A DNA stretch of 64,000 nt from the NCBI GenBank assembly GCA_039810425.1, contig JBDHWW010000004.1:56410-120409 (forward strand), written 5' to 3'. The notes below the pieces were generated by a model. That model searched no databases and had not been told where the DNA came from. It saw only the letters and a program-made list of their open reading frames with translations. The stretch is from Pseudobdellovibrionaceae bacterium (lineage in GTDB: Bacteria > Bdellovibrionota > Bdellovibrionia > Bdellovibrionales > Bdellovibrionaceae). This document shows, in pieces, positions 44,254 to 53,375 of this stretch. The position numbers and the translations under genes are program-made. The stretch's first letter is position 1; the number at the start of each line of letters is the position of its first letter.

Positions 44254-46239
44254 CTAGAAGCCGAACTTCTTTTTTAGGTCATCAACGGCTTTTTTGCCCT
44301 GCTTTTCGACTTCTTTTTTGCCTTGGTTCTCGGCATCCTTCTTGGCTTGATCGGCTTTGCCTTCGGCTTGCTTCTTTTGCGCGTCTAGCTGGGCCTGGAC
44401 CTTCTTCACCTCTCCGTCGAGTTGTTCGCGGATTTGTTTTACTTGCTTATCGATTTGCTCGCGCTGCTTTCCGACTTCTTTACTCACGTACTCTTCGATC
44501 TGCTTACGGGCTTCAGCAATTTTTGCCTCAACTTGCTTACGTAAACCTTTTTCAAGCTCGCTGCCCAAGTTCGATGTCACATCGAAACTGACAGCTGGCA
44601 AGTAACCAGAGGCTTCACCCGTGAGGTTGATCACTGGCAACCCGGCAAAAGTGTTCTTCAAGATGCTGCTGATGTTGCCGTCTTTCGCTGAGACTTCGAA
44701 GTTTGCCGTTGTGAATTGATTGCTCAAATTCATTTTGAAATCATGCAATGCCTTCAGCGTGCCATCGATGTTCAGCTTGCCCGTTGCGGAGCTCAGGTTG
44801 ATCCTCAGGTCCGACGAGTTCACGAGTTCCGCGGCATTAATAGGGTATGAGCCCACCGCCATCTGGTATGTGATGAGACTATCTTCTTTGGTGTTGTCCA
44901 CAGTCATTTTCAAGAATAAATCTTTGATTTGGTCAGCAGGAAAATCACCTTTGAGCGTCGCCACCGTCGGACGGCCCACCAGAGCTTGGTTGGAAGAGAT
45001 ATCCAAGATTTGCCCTTTGATATTGCCGGCTTTTGGGGACATGCCCGCCTGAGAGCTGATCGCGGCCACTTTCACCCAAAAGAGTGGATAAGCATTTTTA
45101 CGGCCGAACTCGTAGGAAATTCCCTTTTCGCGGGGGTGTGGCTGAATTGGGACATCATCGCTATCCACCGGTTTATTTTTATCTTTGCCAGTGATTTTGT
45201 TCATATATTTCGGTGGCACGTATTTTTCAGCCATTGCACGATAGCGATTGATTTTCTCCATGTACTTACCCAAGTAACGGTTGAACAAGGCACGTGTCAG
45301 CTCTTTGGTGTTGATCGAAGGAATACGGAAGCGAGTTTCCAGCGACTTTACGTCCGCTTTAATCAAAGCATCGAGAGACTTTACATCGGCATCGATCTTT
45401 TTGAGGTCCTTTTCGAGATCTTGGCCTGTAGAGCCGATTTGCTTTTTGTAAGCGTCGCCTTGCTTGAGGACGGCATCAAGCTCTTGCAACGAAGCTTGAA
45501 GCTCTTGCGGAGTTTTGAAGTCTTTTGTTTTAATTTTACCAAGACGTTCATTTAAAGCCTGAATGTCTTTACCTTGAGGCAAAGTCTTTAGCTTTTCATC
45601 CCAGTACTTTTGTCTTTCTTTGAGGTTTGCTTCGATCTCTGCCGCCTTCTTTTTAGATTCGATCGTGCCTTCAATCTTGCTAAGCTGAGCATTGGCATTT
45701 GTGCCGCCAAGGATTGCAGCGAGGTCACCGAGCATGTTGTCAGCGTATTCTTGCTGAGTTTTTGCGAGGGCCTCTTCTTTCAAGCGCTGTGCTTCTTGCT
45801 CGACCATACCAGGACCGGGTTTTGATGGAGGCTCTGGAGGAGCCACTTTACCTGGGTGTTTACGGGCTGTGCCGAACTGGATATTTTCAATCACAGCTTC
45901 GTTCACAAGAATCTTTGCGCGAAGAAGCGCATCCCAAGACATGCCCCAGCGAACATCGCCGATCTCAATCACGTTCTGGGTGGGTTTTTCAGCGTCTGTG
46001 ATCTGAATACCTTGAACGCGAAGGCTGGCATTGAAGAAACTCGTTTCAATTTTTGCAATATTCACTTCAGCGCCAATGCCTTTATAGCCAGCCCATTCCA
46101 TTCCGGCACGCAATTGCATGTCGAAGAAAAAGTGGAAATAAGCAAAAATAAGAATGCAGACAATCGCGAAGGGAATAACCGCATTCCAGCGGATAGGACC
46201 TTTTACTTTTGGTTTTTTTGTTTGATCAGTCATGTTCAT
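44254..46239 (-). CDS. TIGR03545-like envelope protein (N-terminal TM, AsmA-like N-region, coiled coils)
   Basis: IRWNAVIPF+TM, GAEVNIAK, FGTAR, RxKG..F...YP.FWVK; stop/start overlap with the upstream TIGR03546-like gene. Confidence 0.7.
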   Translation of the reverse strand: MNMTDQTKKPKVKGPIRWNAVIPFAIVCILIFAYFHFFFDMQLRAGMEWAGYKGIGAEVNIAKIETSFFNASLRVQGIQITDAEKPTQNVIEIGDVRWGMSWDALLRAKILVNEAVIENIQFGTARKHPGKVAPPEPPSKPGPGMVEQEAQRLKEEALAKTQQEYADNMLGDLAAILGGTNANAQLSKIEGTIESKKKAAEIEANLKERQKYWDEKLKTLPQGKDIQALNERLGKIKTKDFKTPQELQASLQELDAVLKQGDAYKKQIGSTGQDLEKDLKKIDADVKSLDALIKADVKSLETRFRIPSINTKELTRALFNRYLGKYMEKINRYRAMAEKYVPPKYMNKITGKDKNKPVDSDDVPIQPHPREKGISYEFGRKNAYPLFWVKVAAISSQAGMSPKAGNIKGQILDISSNQALVGRPTVATLKGDFPADQIKDLFLKMTVDNTKEDSLITYQMAVGSYPINAAELVNSSDLRINLSSATGKLNIDGTLKALHDFKMNLSNQFTTANFEVSAKDGNISSILKNTFAGLPVINLTGEASGYLPAVSFDVTSNLGSELEKGLRKQVEAKIAEARKQIEEYVSKEVGKQREQIDKQVKQIREQLDGEVKKVQAQLDAQKKQAEGKADQAKKDAENQGKKEVEKQGKKAVDDLKKKFGF

Positions 46240-46763
46240 TACCCGTAGAGATCCTGATATTTGTTGTACCAATTATAAACTTTTGTAGCGGCAAAGCTCT
46301 TCCAGATTTTCGTTCCTTTAAAGCGAGCCACCACCGTCACGCGGTATTTTAAAATCAAAGAACGGAAGACGAAGAATGCCGGAATCACCAAGATCAAGCC
46401 GACGATCATCGAGCCCATAACAATCGAGTTGTTAAAGCGTGTCATCGGTACGAGCGGCATATTGTACATCTCGGTAAAGAGAGGACGCAGTGATGGAGTT
46501 TCGAGAACCGCACGGCCCAACTGATCCGCAGCAGGGTCGAAAAGAAATGCCACGAACTTAAAAAAGAACGCAGCAAGGAAGGCCGCGCCCATTTGAATAC
46601 GGAAGAAGAAAACTAAAATCAGAATCAGGAAAGTTTGAATGGATAAAAACGGGGAAAATCCCAGAATCAATCCGCAGGCAAGGCCCGAGGCAAGTTGGTT
46701 GGTTCCCGTCTCTGAATTCAGTAGCCGGAAGAACGCGAATATCTGCTTTAACAGCAAAGTCAT
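46239..46763 (-). CDS. TIGR03546-like membrane protein
   Basis: LLNSETGTNQLASG, GFSPF, TRFNNSIVMGS, KYR; AGGAG RBS before ATG 46763. Confidence 0.75.
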   Translation of the reverse strand: MTLLLKQIFAFFRLLNSETGTNQLASGLACGLILGFSPFLSIQTFLILILVFFFRIQMGAAFLAAFFFKFVAFLFDPAADQLGRAVLETPSLRPLFTEMYNMPLVPMTRFNNSIVMGSMIVGLILVIPAFFVFRSLILKYRVTVVARFKGTKIWKSFAATKVYNWYNKYQDLYG

Positions 46764-46890
46764 ATCTTCTCCTGATTGAGGCCGCCAAGAACGGCCGATG
46801 CGTGTATTTAGGGACTTCCTTAGGGTAAAAAGACCTCTAAGTCTTGGCAATCTTTTGATTTTTCGCAGCGAGTAGAGGTAGGATAATGGC

Positions 46891-47496
46891 ATGAGTGAAA
46901 AATCCAACGAAAAGTCTATGGCAGGTTTTGGCGAGCAAATGTGTCTGTTTCTGGATCGCGACGGTGTGATTGTTCACGATGTCCCCTACAATACAGATCC
47001 GCAAAAAGTAGAGCTAATGCCCGGAATCGTCGGACTTCTTAAAAAAGCTCATAAGGTGGGCATGTGGGTGACCATCGTGAGCAACCAATCGGGCCTCGGC
47101 CGAGGGTATTTTTCTTGGAGCGATTATCGTCAAGTTCATCAGCGTATTTGCCAGCTCCTTGCCGCGCAGGGTGAATGGGTTGATCTGGCTTTATGTGCAC
47201 CTTTCTATGAAGGCACGGAGTTTAAGCAAGCAAAAGCGCGTCCTCACTATCGAAAGCCCGATGTCGGTATGTTTAAGCATGCGGAGGAGGAGCTTGGCGT
47301 GGCTTTTTCAAAGTCGATCATGGTGGGTGACAGTGCGACGGATCTGATTCCGGCGTTTCAGTCGGGGATTCATAGGCTTTATCTCGTGACTTCGGACAAA
47401 CAGGCTGAAGAGACTAAAAAACTGGAGACCCACCGGAAGGCTCATCCTGAGTTTCAATATCAGTTGATCTCGGATTTCTCCGAGATCATTTTATAA
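46891..47496 (+). CDS. gmhB: D,D-heptose 1,7-bisphosphate phosphatase-like HAD IIIA hydrolase
   Basis: FLDRDGVI, VSNQSGLGRG, RKPDVGM, MVGDSATD. Confidence 0.75.
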   Translation: MSEKSNEKSMAGFGEQMCLFLDRDGVIVHDVPYNTDPQKVELMPGIVGLLKKAHKVGMWVTIVSNQSGLGRGYFSWSDYRQVHQRICQLLAAQGEWVDLALCAPFYEGTEFKQAKARPHYRKPDVGMFKHAEEELGVAFSKSIMVGDSATDLIPAFQSGIHRLYLVTSDKQAEETKKLETHRKAHPEFQYQLISDFSEIIL

Positions 47497-47521
47497 CGAT
47501 TTTTTGCCTTTGCTAAAAATA

Positions 47522-48790
47522 TTATATTTTTGCCAGCGCGGTTTTCAAATCGTGAATGATGTCATCGGCTTTTTCGAGGCCAATACTTAAGCGAATTGCG
47601 CGGGGGTCAATCCCAGACTCATCTTGCTTTTCTGAAGGGATTGCCGAATGGGTCATATAGCCCGGCACTTCGATCAATGTCTTATTAAGGCCAAGACTGA
47701 CCGCTAACGTGATTGCATAGGAGTTGTTGGCGATGTCATCCACGAATTGTTGGCAAGTGGTGAGGTCGCCCTTCAATTGGAAAGAAATCATCGTACCCGG
47801 AGAGAACTCTTCTTCCGGTGAGAGAAGATATCTCTTCGCAAGCTCATATTGCGGGTGGGACTCAAGTCCCGGGTAAGTGACTATTTCAACTTTGGGATTT
47901 TCCTCTAAGAACTGCGCTACTTTCATTGCCGTTTTCTGCTGCTCTTCAAAACGCAAAGACTGCGTTGAGATCCCGTAAACCAAAATGTGCCAAGCGGAGT
48001 AGGGATGAATAATTGCGCCGAAGTCTTTGCGGCCGATTCTTAGTAACGTGTCGAACTCTTTGCGAGTGATGACCGCGCCGCCCATCTCGGTCCCAAAACC
48101 CGAAATGTTCTTGGTGAGACTCTGAATGACCATGTCTGCACCCCATTGGAGTGGTCGCAGGCCCCACGGCGTTGCGAAGGTGTTGTCGACAAGGACCAAG
48201 ATCTTTCTGTCGTCGGCCCGTTTTTCGTTGGCCTTTTTAACGAGGCTTGCGATTTTTTCAATGTCGATGATTTCAAGATTCGGATTGGAAACAGATTCGA
48301 AATAAATCACACGAACCGTGGGATCTTGGATTTCCTTTTCTAGATCTTTGGCGTTGAGATCCATCATGTGGTTTTTGATGCCAAGGCGTGGAAGCCAGTT
48401 GGTGATCAAGCTGTATGTACAACCGTAGAGCGTGCGGTGGGCGAGGATTTTGTCGCCGGCCCGCATACAGGACATGATTGCTGTCGAAATGGCTCCCATG
48501 CCGCTGGCGAAACTGATCGCGCATTCGCCGGCCTCCATCAGAGCGAGCTGCTCTTCGAGCATTTTGGTTGTAGGCTCTTCGAGACGATCGTAGATCCAGA
48601 TTGGTTTGTCAGTGGGTTTGCGTTCCTCGCCGAAAGCAACGAAGCCTTGCGCTCCACGCTCCAGAGAGCCGAGACGGAACGAGGTCGAGGCGGTCATCGG
48701 CGGCACGATGTGATGGCCGAACTCCCAGGCTTTTGTGGTTGAAGCGCCGTGAATGGCGCGTGTACGTTGGCTAACTTTGACTGACTTCAT
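47522..48790 (-). CDS. Cys/Met metabolism PLP enzyme (methionine gamma-lyase/cystathionine lyase family)
   Basis: FASGMGAI, LYGCT, VDNTFATP, SLTK (PLP Lys), YPGLESHPQY, AVSLG, IRLSIGLE. Confidence 0.88.
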   Translation of the reverse strand: MKSVKVSQRTRAIHGASTTKAWEFGHHIVPPMTASTSFRLGSLERGAQGFVAFGEERKPTDKPIWIYDRLEEPTTKMLEEQLALMEAGECAISFASGMGAISTAIMSCMRAGDKILAHRTLYGCTYSLITNWLPRLGIKNHMMDLNAKDLEKEIQDPTVRVIYFESVSNPNLEIIDIEKIASLVKKANEKRADDRKILVLVDNTFATPWGLRPLQWGADMVIQSLTKNISGFGTEMGGAVITRKEFDTLLRIGRKDFGAIIHPYSAWHILVYGISTQSLRFEEQQKTAMKVAQFLEENPKVEIVTYPGLESHPQYELAKRYLLSPEEEFSPGTMISFQLKGDLTTCQQFVDDIANNSYAITLAVSLGLNKTLIEVPGYMTHSAIPSEKQDESGIDPRAIRLSIGLEKADDIIHDLKTALAKI

Positions 48791-49763
48791 AAGGCACCTT
48801 CTCTTTTCTTTGCATGTAGAAGAAGGCCCCGAAAAGTCCGAATACAAATTGAGCTACCTGAAGAGCGGTAATCACCGTTGGGCCTAAATCTGTTGCATGA
48901 CCAATGTAAATATTAAACAAGAAATAAAACGCCGCTTGCCCCACGCCGACGCCGGCGGGAGAAATCGGAATCGCCGTCGCCATGAAACCAAGTGGGGCGA
49001 CGAGGAAGTATGTCGACCAGTTCATCTCTTCGCCCAAACCGGACGCATGGCCGGCAAGAATCATGAACATGATTGAGAATGTTTGCGCCAAGAGACTGAG
49101 CACGATGCTGCCTAAAAGATTCTTGTAGTTGCGGCCATAGAGGTGCAGAGATTCGTATATACGCGTGGTTTTTGAAGCCCCGGGCAGTTTTTGCAGGCGG
49201 CGGTTCATGCTGCCGCGTTTGTGGAGCTTTTGTGAGAAGACGAGTCCAAGGCCCAAAGTTGCCACAGTGAAAAGGCCTATGATCACGAAGAAAAGAACAT
49301 GCAAAGAGGGGTTGGATTGTACAAGCTGCCAATCAAAAAGCATCGCGAGCAGGGCCATCAAGATCATCGCGTAAAGTCCGAGGACGCGGTCCATGAGAAC
49401 GCTGGTCGCGGCGGCCATACGGGACTCTGGGAAGTCCTTGGCAAAATAAAATGCCTTCACCAAGTCACCACCGACCCCGCCGGGGACTGCGAAGTTAAAG
49501 AAAATTCCGATCATGGTGAGCTTAAACGTCCTCCAAGATGGCAGGTGATGGCTTTGGGTTTGCAGCAAAATACGCCAGCGCTCGCTGGTAAGGTACATAT
49601 TGGCGCCCACAAGCAGAAATGCTGGAATGAGGTATTGAGGCTGAAGCAAGTTTGCGAGGGCCTTAAAATTCAGTTTTCCGGATTGCACGAGCCAATAAAT
49701 AAGGCCTATGGAAAAAACGATTTTCAGAGTTTGAATGAGAAGGTTTTTGGCCTTTTTTTGCAT
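48771..49763 (-). CDS. UPF0104 / lysylphosphatidylglycerol synthase TM-domain (flippase-like) membrane protein
   Basis: ERWRILL, IGIFFNFAVPGGVGGDLVK, MDRVLGL, IPISPAGVGVG; multiple TMs. Confidence 0.8.
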   Translation of the reverse strand: MQKKAKNLLIQTLKIVFSIGLIYWLVQSGKLNFKALANLLQPQYLIPAFLLVGANMYLTSERWRILLQTQSHHLPSWRTFKLTMIGIFFNFAVPGGVGGDLVKAFYFAKDFPESRMAAATSVLMDRVLGLYAMILMALLAMLFDWQLVQSNPSLHVLFFVIIGLFTVATLGLGLVFSQKLHKRGSMNRRLQKLPGASKTTRIYESLHLYGRNYKNLLGSIVLSLLAQTFSIMFMILAGHASGLGEEMNWSTYFLVAPLGFMATAIPISPAGVGVGQAAFYFLFNIYIGHATDLGPTVITALQVAQFVFGLFGAFFYMQRKEKVPYEVSQS

Positions 49764-49917
49764 GGAGGCAGACTAAACGAATTGGGGCGGATTTTGCTAT
49801 ATTTTTTCGGTTTTACGCAGGGGGGAAAGGTGAATGACGTTCCGAATCAATCCGGGCTGTTTGTAGACGATTTTTGGACGTTTTGGTTGTATGTCTGTTT
49901 GTTCAGGAGGATCCGTC

Positions 49918-51276
49918 GTGATTCCAGCAATTTTATCAGGTGGCAGCGGCACTCGCTTGTGGCCCGTTTCAAGAGCGAATTTCCCGAAGCAGTTCTGTGA
50001 TCTTTTCGAGGACTCGTTGCAGAGTCTGACGATTAAACGCTCGTTGAAATTGGGAACTCCTTGGATCGTGACCGGGGCGGCGCTCAAAACTTTGACGGAG
50101 GCGAATCTCAAAGACCTCCGTTTGCAGAATGTGACGACGCTCTATGAACCGGTTGCAAAAAACACGGCACCTGCTGTCGCGGTGTTGGCGCATATTCTCG
50201 TCCTGCGCGGAATGGGCAAAGAGATCGTTGGCGTTTTTCCGTCAGATCATTTGATTCAAAATACGGAGGCTTTCTACAACGCTGTTGACGAAGCGGAAGT
50301 GCTTGCTCAGAAGGGTTTTATCGTTACTTTGGGAATTAAGCCCGATCATCCAGCGACGGGTTATGGTTATATCCAAAAGGATAGAAGTTCCAATAAAGTT
50401 TTGAAGTTCCATGAGAAGCCCTCTTTGGAAACAGCCCGGAAATTCGTCGACTCGGGCGATTTCTACTGGAATGCCGGCATGTTTATCTTTAAAGCGGAGA
50501 TGATGCTGGATAAATTTCAGAAACTTCAGCCGGAAATTTATAAAATTGTTTCTCAATTGAAAGCGGATATGAGCAACCTCAATGAGGTTTATGCACAGTT
50601 TCCGAGCATTTCTATCGACTATGCAGTGATGGAAAAGCTCAGCCCAGATGAGCTGGCGTGTGTTCCGGCAGACATGGCTTGGAGTGATGTCGGTTCATGG
50701 GATGCTGTTGCCCAAGTAAACGAGGGGCAGCAGGGGCCTCAGTCGCTCGAAGTAAAAGGCCGCGATAACTTCGTCTTTGGCCGCGAAAATAAAATGTACT
50801 CGTTCGTCGGTACCGATGATCTGATCGTGGTTGATACGGAAGATGCCTTGATGGTCGTGAAGAAGGGCGAATCCCAGGAAGTAAAACAGGTTGTTGAAGC
50901 TTTGCAAAAGCAGGGGTCTTCATTGGTTAAAGACCATGTTTTTGAAAAGCGTCCGTGGGGAGCCTTTGAAGTTTTGCGCGATACCGAGCACTTCAAATCG
51001 AAAGTGATTACAGTCAATCCCCTGTCGCAGCTTTCGTACCAGTCCCATAGCAAACGTGCTGAACATTGGATTATCACTCGTGGTGAAGGGGAAGTGGTTT
51101 TGAATGACCAAGTGATTCCCGTGAAAGCTGGCAGCCACGTGTATATTCCAACACAGGCGAAACATCGCATGCGTAACACCTCCGAAACGGTCCTCGAGTT
51201 CGTAGAGGTTCAGTTGGGCTCTTATTTCGGCGAAGACGATATCGTTCGATACCAGGATGACTATAAGAGAACATAA
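49918..51276 (+). CDS. manC: Mannose-1-phosphate guanylyltransferase / mannose-6-phosphate isomerase
   Basis: GGSGTRLWPVSR..PKQF, EPVAKNTAPA, WNAGMF, WSDVGSW, cupin RPWG; AGGAGG RBS before GTG 49918. Confidence 0.92.
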   Translation: MIPAILSGGSGTRLWPVSRANFPKQFCDLFEDSLQSLTIKRSLKLGTPWIVTGAALKTLTEANLKDLRLQNVTTLYEPVAKNTAPAVAVLAHILVLRGMGKEIVGVFPSDHLIQNTEAFYNAVDEAEVLAQKGFIVTLGIKPDHPATGYGYIQKDRSSNKVLKFHEKPSLETARKFVDSGDFYWNAGMFIFKAEMMLDKFQKLQPEIYKIVSQLKADMSNLNEVYAQFPSISIDYAVMEKLSPDELACVPADMAWSDVGSWDAVAQVNEGQQGPQSLEVKGRDNFVFGRENKMYSFVGTDDLIVVDTEDALMVVKKGESQEVKQVVEALQKQGSSLVKDHVFEKRPWGAFEVLRDTEHFKSKVITVNPLSQLSYQSHSKRAEHWIITRGEGEVVLNDQVIPVKAGSHVYIPTQAKHRMRNTSETVLEFVEVQLGSYFGEDDIVRYQDDYKRT

Positions 51277-51325
51277 GCAAACTTAACGCGTGACTGTTTG
51301 GTAAAAGTTTAGTGAAATTTTGTTC

Positions 51326-52720
51326 ATGGGCTTTTACAAAAAACTTCTCGTGATTTTGGCTGTCCTTCTTGTTCAAGGTCCGCTGTCCCGAGCTAATGTG
51401 CTTGGGATGGACGCGCAAACCTTTAACCCGACAACGAATGGCCTCGACTTCGTGACGGTTCACTCGTCGGCGACGCTGGACCCGGGAGTCGTGAATATCG
51501 GCTTCTTCTTGAACTATGCAGTGAACTCTTTGCCATACATTTATGGCGTGAGTGGCGCCGGGCAAACCCGCACGAAGTTTAATGACACTCTTTTTTCATC
51601 TGATTTGAATTTTGGTGTCGGTTTGACGGACAAATGGGATATCGGTTTTTCATTTCCTTATTTGATCTCACAAAACATTGAAGACGGTAGTCAGTTGAGC
51701 CGTTACAGCCAAACCGGCATTACCGGCCAGCGCATGAACACCAAGTATCGCTTTTATAATGGCGATACTTGGGGCTGGGCCGTGATCGCCTCTGCGGATA
51801 AGAGCTTGGTTGAGAACAATCCATACACGGGAGAAAGTCCAGGACCGACTTTCAATTTAGAAGTCGCAACCGATGTGATGCTCTCTGAAGTTTTGTTGGG
51901 CTTTAATCTTGGGCACCGCTGGCGTTCCCCAGGGGCGAGCCTTGCTTCGATTTATGGAATTTCACCCTTGCCAAATCAGTGGATCTACTCGATGGCGGCG
52001 AGTTACCTGCTGAAAAGCATTGATACGAAACTGATCTGGGAACTTTACGGAAGTTATCCTGATGGCAAGACCAACGACACAATCACTCAGAATGTATCGG
52101 ATCGTGAGAGGTCGTCCCTCGAGACTCTTGTGGGGATGAAGTATGATTGGAATACAAATCTTGCGATTCACTTTGGTGGCGGTACTGAAGTCTATCACGG
52201 AACGGGAACTGCGGCTTGGCGTTTGTACTCGGGGATCAACTACGCGTTCGGTCCAGTGTGGGGCAAGAATGATTGGCCTCCGGTAGAACCGAGACGTGAC
52301 GTGAAGACTTTGCCGAAGGTTCAGAATTTCACTTTGACCTTTTTGCGGTTTAAGTTCGACTCGACAGAACTTGATCCCAGTTCTTATAAGAACCTCGATA
52401 TCGTTGTGAAGATGGTGCGTGAGACTCCGAATGTTCAAAAGATTACGATCGAAGGTCACACGGATTCAGTCGGTTCAGACGTTTATAATCAGAAGTTGAG
52501 CCAGGCCCGTGCGACGACTGTTAAGGACTACTTGAAGAGCCACATGCCTGAAATGAGCAAAGTGGATTTCCTGGCAATCGGTTATGGAGAAAGCCATCCG
52601 ATCGCCAATAACGGGAACTATCAGGGGCGCGCGAAAAATCGCCGCGTAGTCATCCGCGTGGCTCGCAAGATTATGGTGGGTGATAAGCCTGAGATGGAAG
52701 AAAGCTCTATTACGTTCTAG
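51326..52720 (+). CDS. Outer-membrane beta-barrel protein with C-terminal OmpA peptidoglycan-binding domain
   Basis: Signal peptide; alternating beta-strand pattern ending GINYAF; IEGHTDSVGSDVYNQKLSQARA, NRRV. Confidence 0.85.
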   Translation: MGFYKKLLVILAVLLVQGPLSRANVLGMDAQTFNPTTNGLDFVTVHSSATLDPGVVNIGFFLNYAVNSLPYIYGVSGAGQTRTKFNDTLFSSDLNFGVGLTDKWDIGFSFPYLISQNIEDGSQLSRYSQTGITGQRMNTKYRFYNGDTWGWAVIASADKSLVENNPYTGESPGPTFNLEVATDVMLSEVLLGFNLGHRWRSPGASLASIYGISPLPNQWIYSMAASYLLKSIDTKLIWELYGSYPDGKTNDTITQNVSDRERSSLETLVGMKYDWNTNLAIHFGGGTEVYHGTGTAAWRLYSGINYAFGPVWGKNDWPPVEPRRDVKTLPKVQNFTLTFLRFKFDSTELDPSSYKNLDIVVKMVRETPNVQKITIEGHTDSVGSDVYNQKLSQARATTVKDYLKSHMPEMSKVDFLAIGYGESHPIANNGNYQGRAKNRRVVIRVARKIMVGDKPEMEESSITF

Positions 52721-52775
52721 GATTAAGCAATAAAACGGGGAAGAGGACCGTGGTGGAGCCCTCTCCCCAGGCGCC

Positions 52776-53261
52776 CTAGTGGGCGACGTGGCTTGGAATA
52801 TAACGGCTTTCAGGTTCCGTGTGCGAGCCCTTCAGGAGTTCATTGAACCTGGAGTTGTACTCTTCTCCGAGATCTTTGCGAATGTCCAAACCCAACATTT
52901 TTGACAGTTTTGGAAAGAACTCTTTTTCTTCCTCCTCAATGTGATGCTTAAGTGTTTCGCACACGACGGTGAACTTTGCTTGCCAGACATGCTCCTCGCT
53001 GACGGTCTTGAGTTCCCGCAAAAGATGGTCGACGATTCCATGTTCTTCGAAACCCTCGAAGGCGAAGTGATTTATTTTGCTGAGATCTGTAACGTTGGAA
53101 TAGAGGGCGGCTTCTTCACTTTGTGCGTGTGCGGGGACGATGGCTGAAAGTTTTTTGAAGAGTCTTTTTTTAGCCTCAAAAGTCGTCTTTTTTTGCAGTC
53201 CTGCGACGTAAAGTTTTTTAATTGTTTGATGGTCTCTTTTAAGAGCGCTGACAAGTTCCAT
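52776..53261 (-). CDS. Hemerythrin-like (HHE cation-binding) protein
   Basis: DH, HAQSEE, EEH, HHIEEEEKEFFP; AGGAG RBS before ATG 53261. Confidence 0.82.
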   Translation of the reverse strand: MELVSALKRDHQTIKKLYVAGLQKKTTFEAKKRLFKKLSAIVPAHAQSEEAALYSNVTDLSKINHFAFEGFEEHGIVDHLLRELKTVSEEHVWQAKFTVVCETLKHHIEEEEKEFFPKLSKMLGLDIRKDLGEEYNSRFNELLKGSHTEPESRYIPSHVAH

Positions 53262-53375
53262 GGTATTTCTCCTTTGTCGGTTCAACACTCTTCACGTTGA
53301 ATCATTTGGCGGAGCTTGTCAGATCCTTGTTTGGGAAAAATTTTGCGATGAAAAATTCAAACGACGTCACAACGC

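Noticed and set aside
44115..44591. 158-aa forward ORF bridging the redoxin and TIGR03545-like genes
   Set aside because: Overlaps both genes and the terminator-like hairpin; Arg/Leu-rich shadow composition
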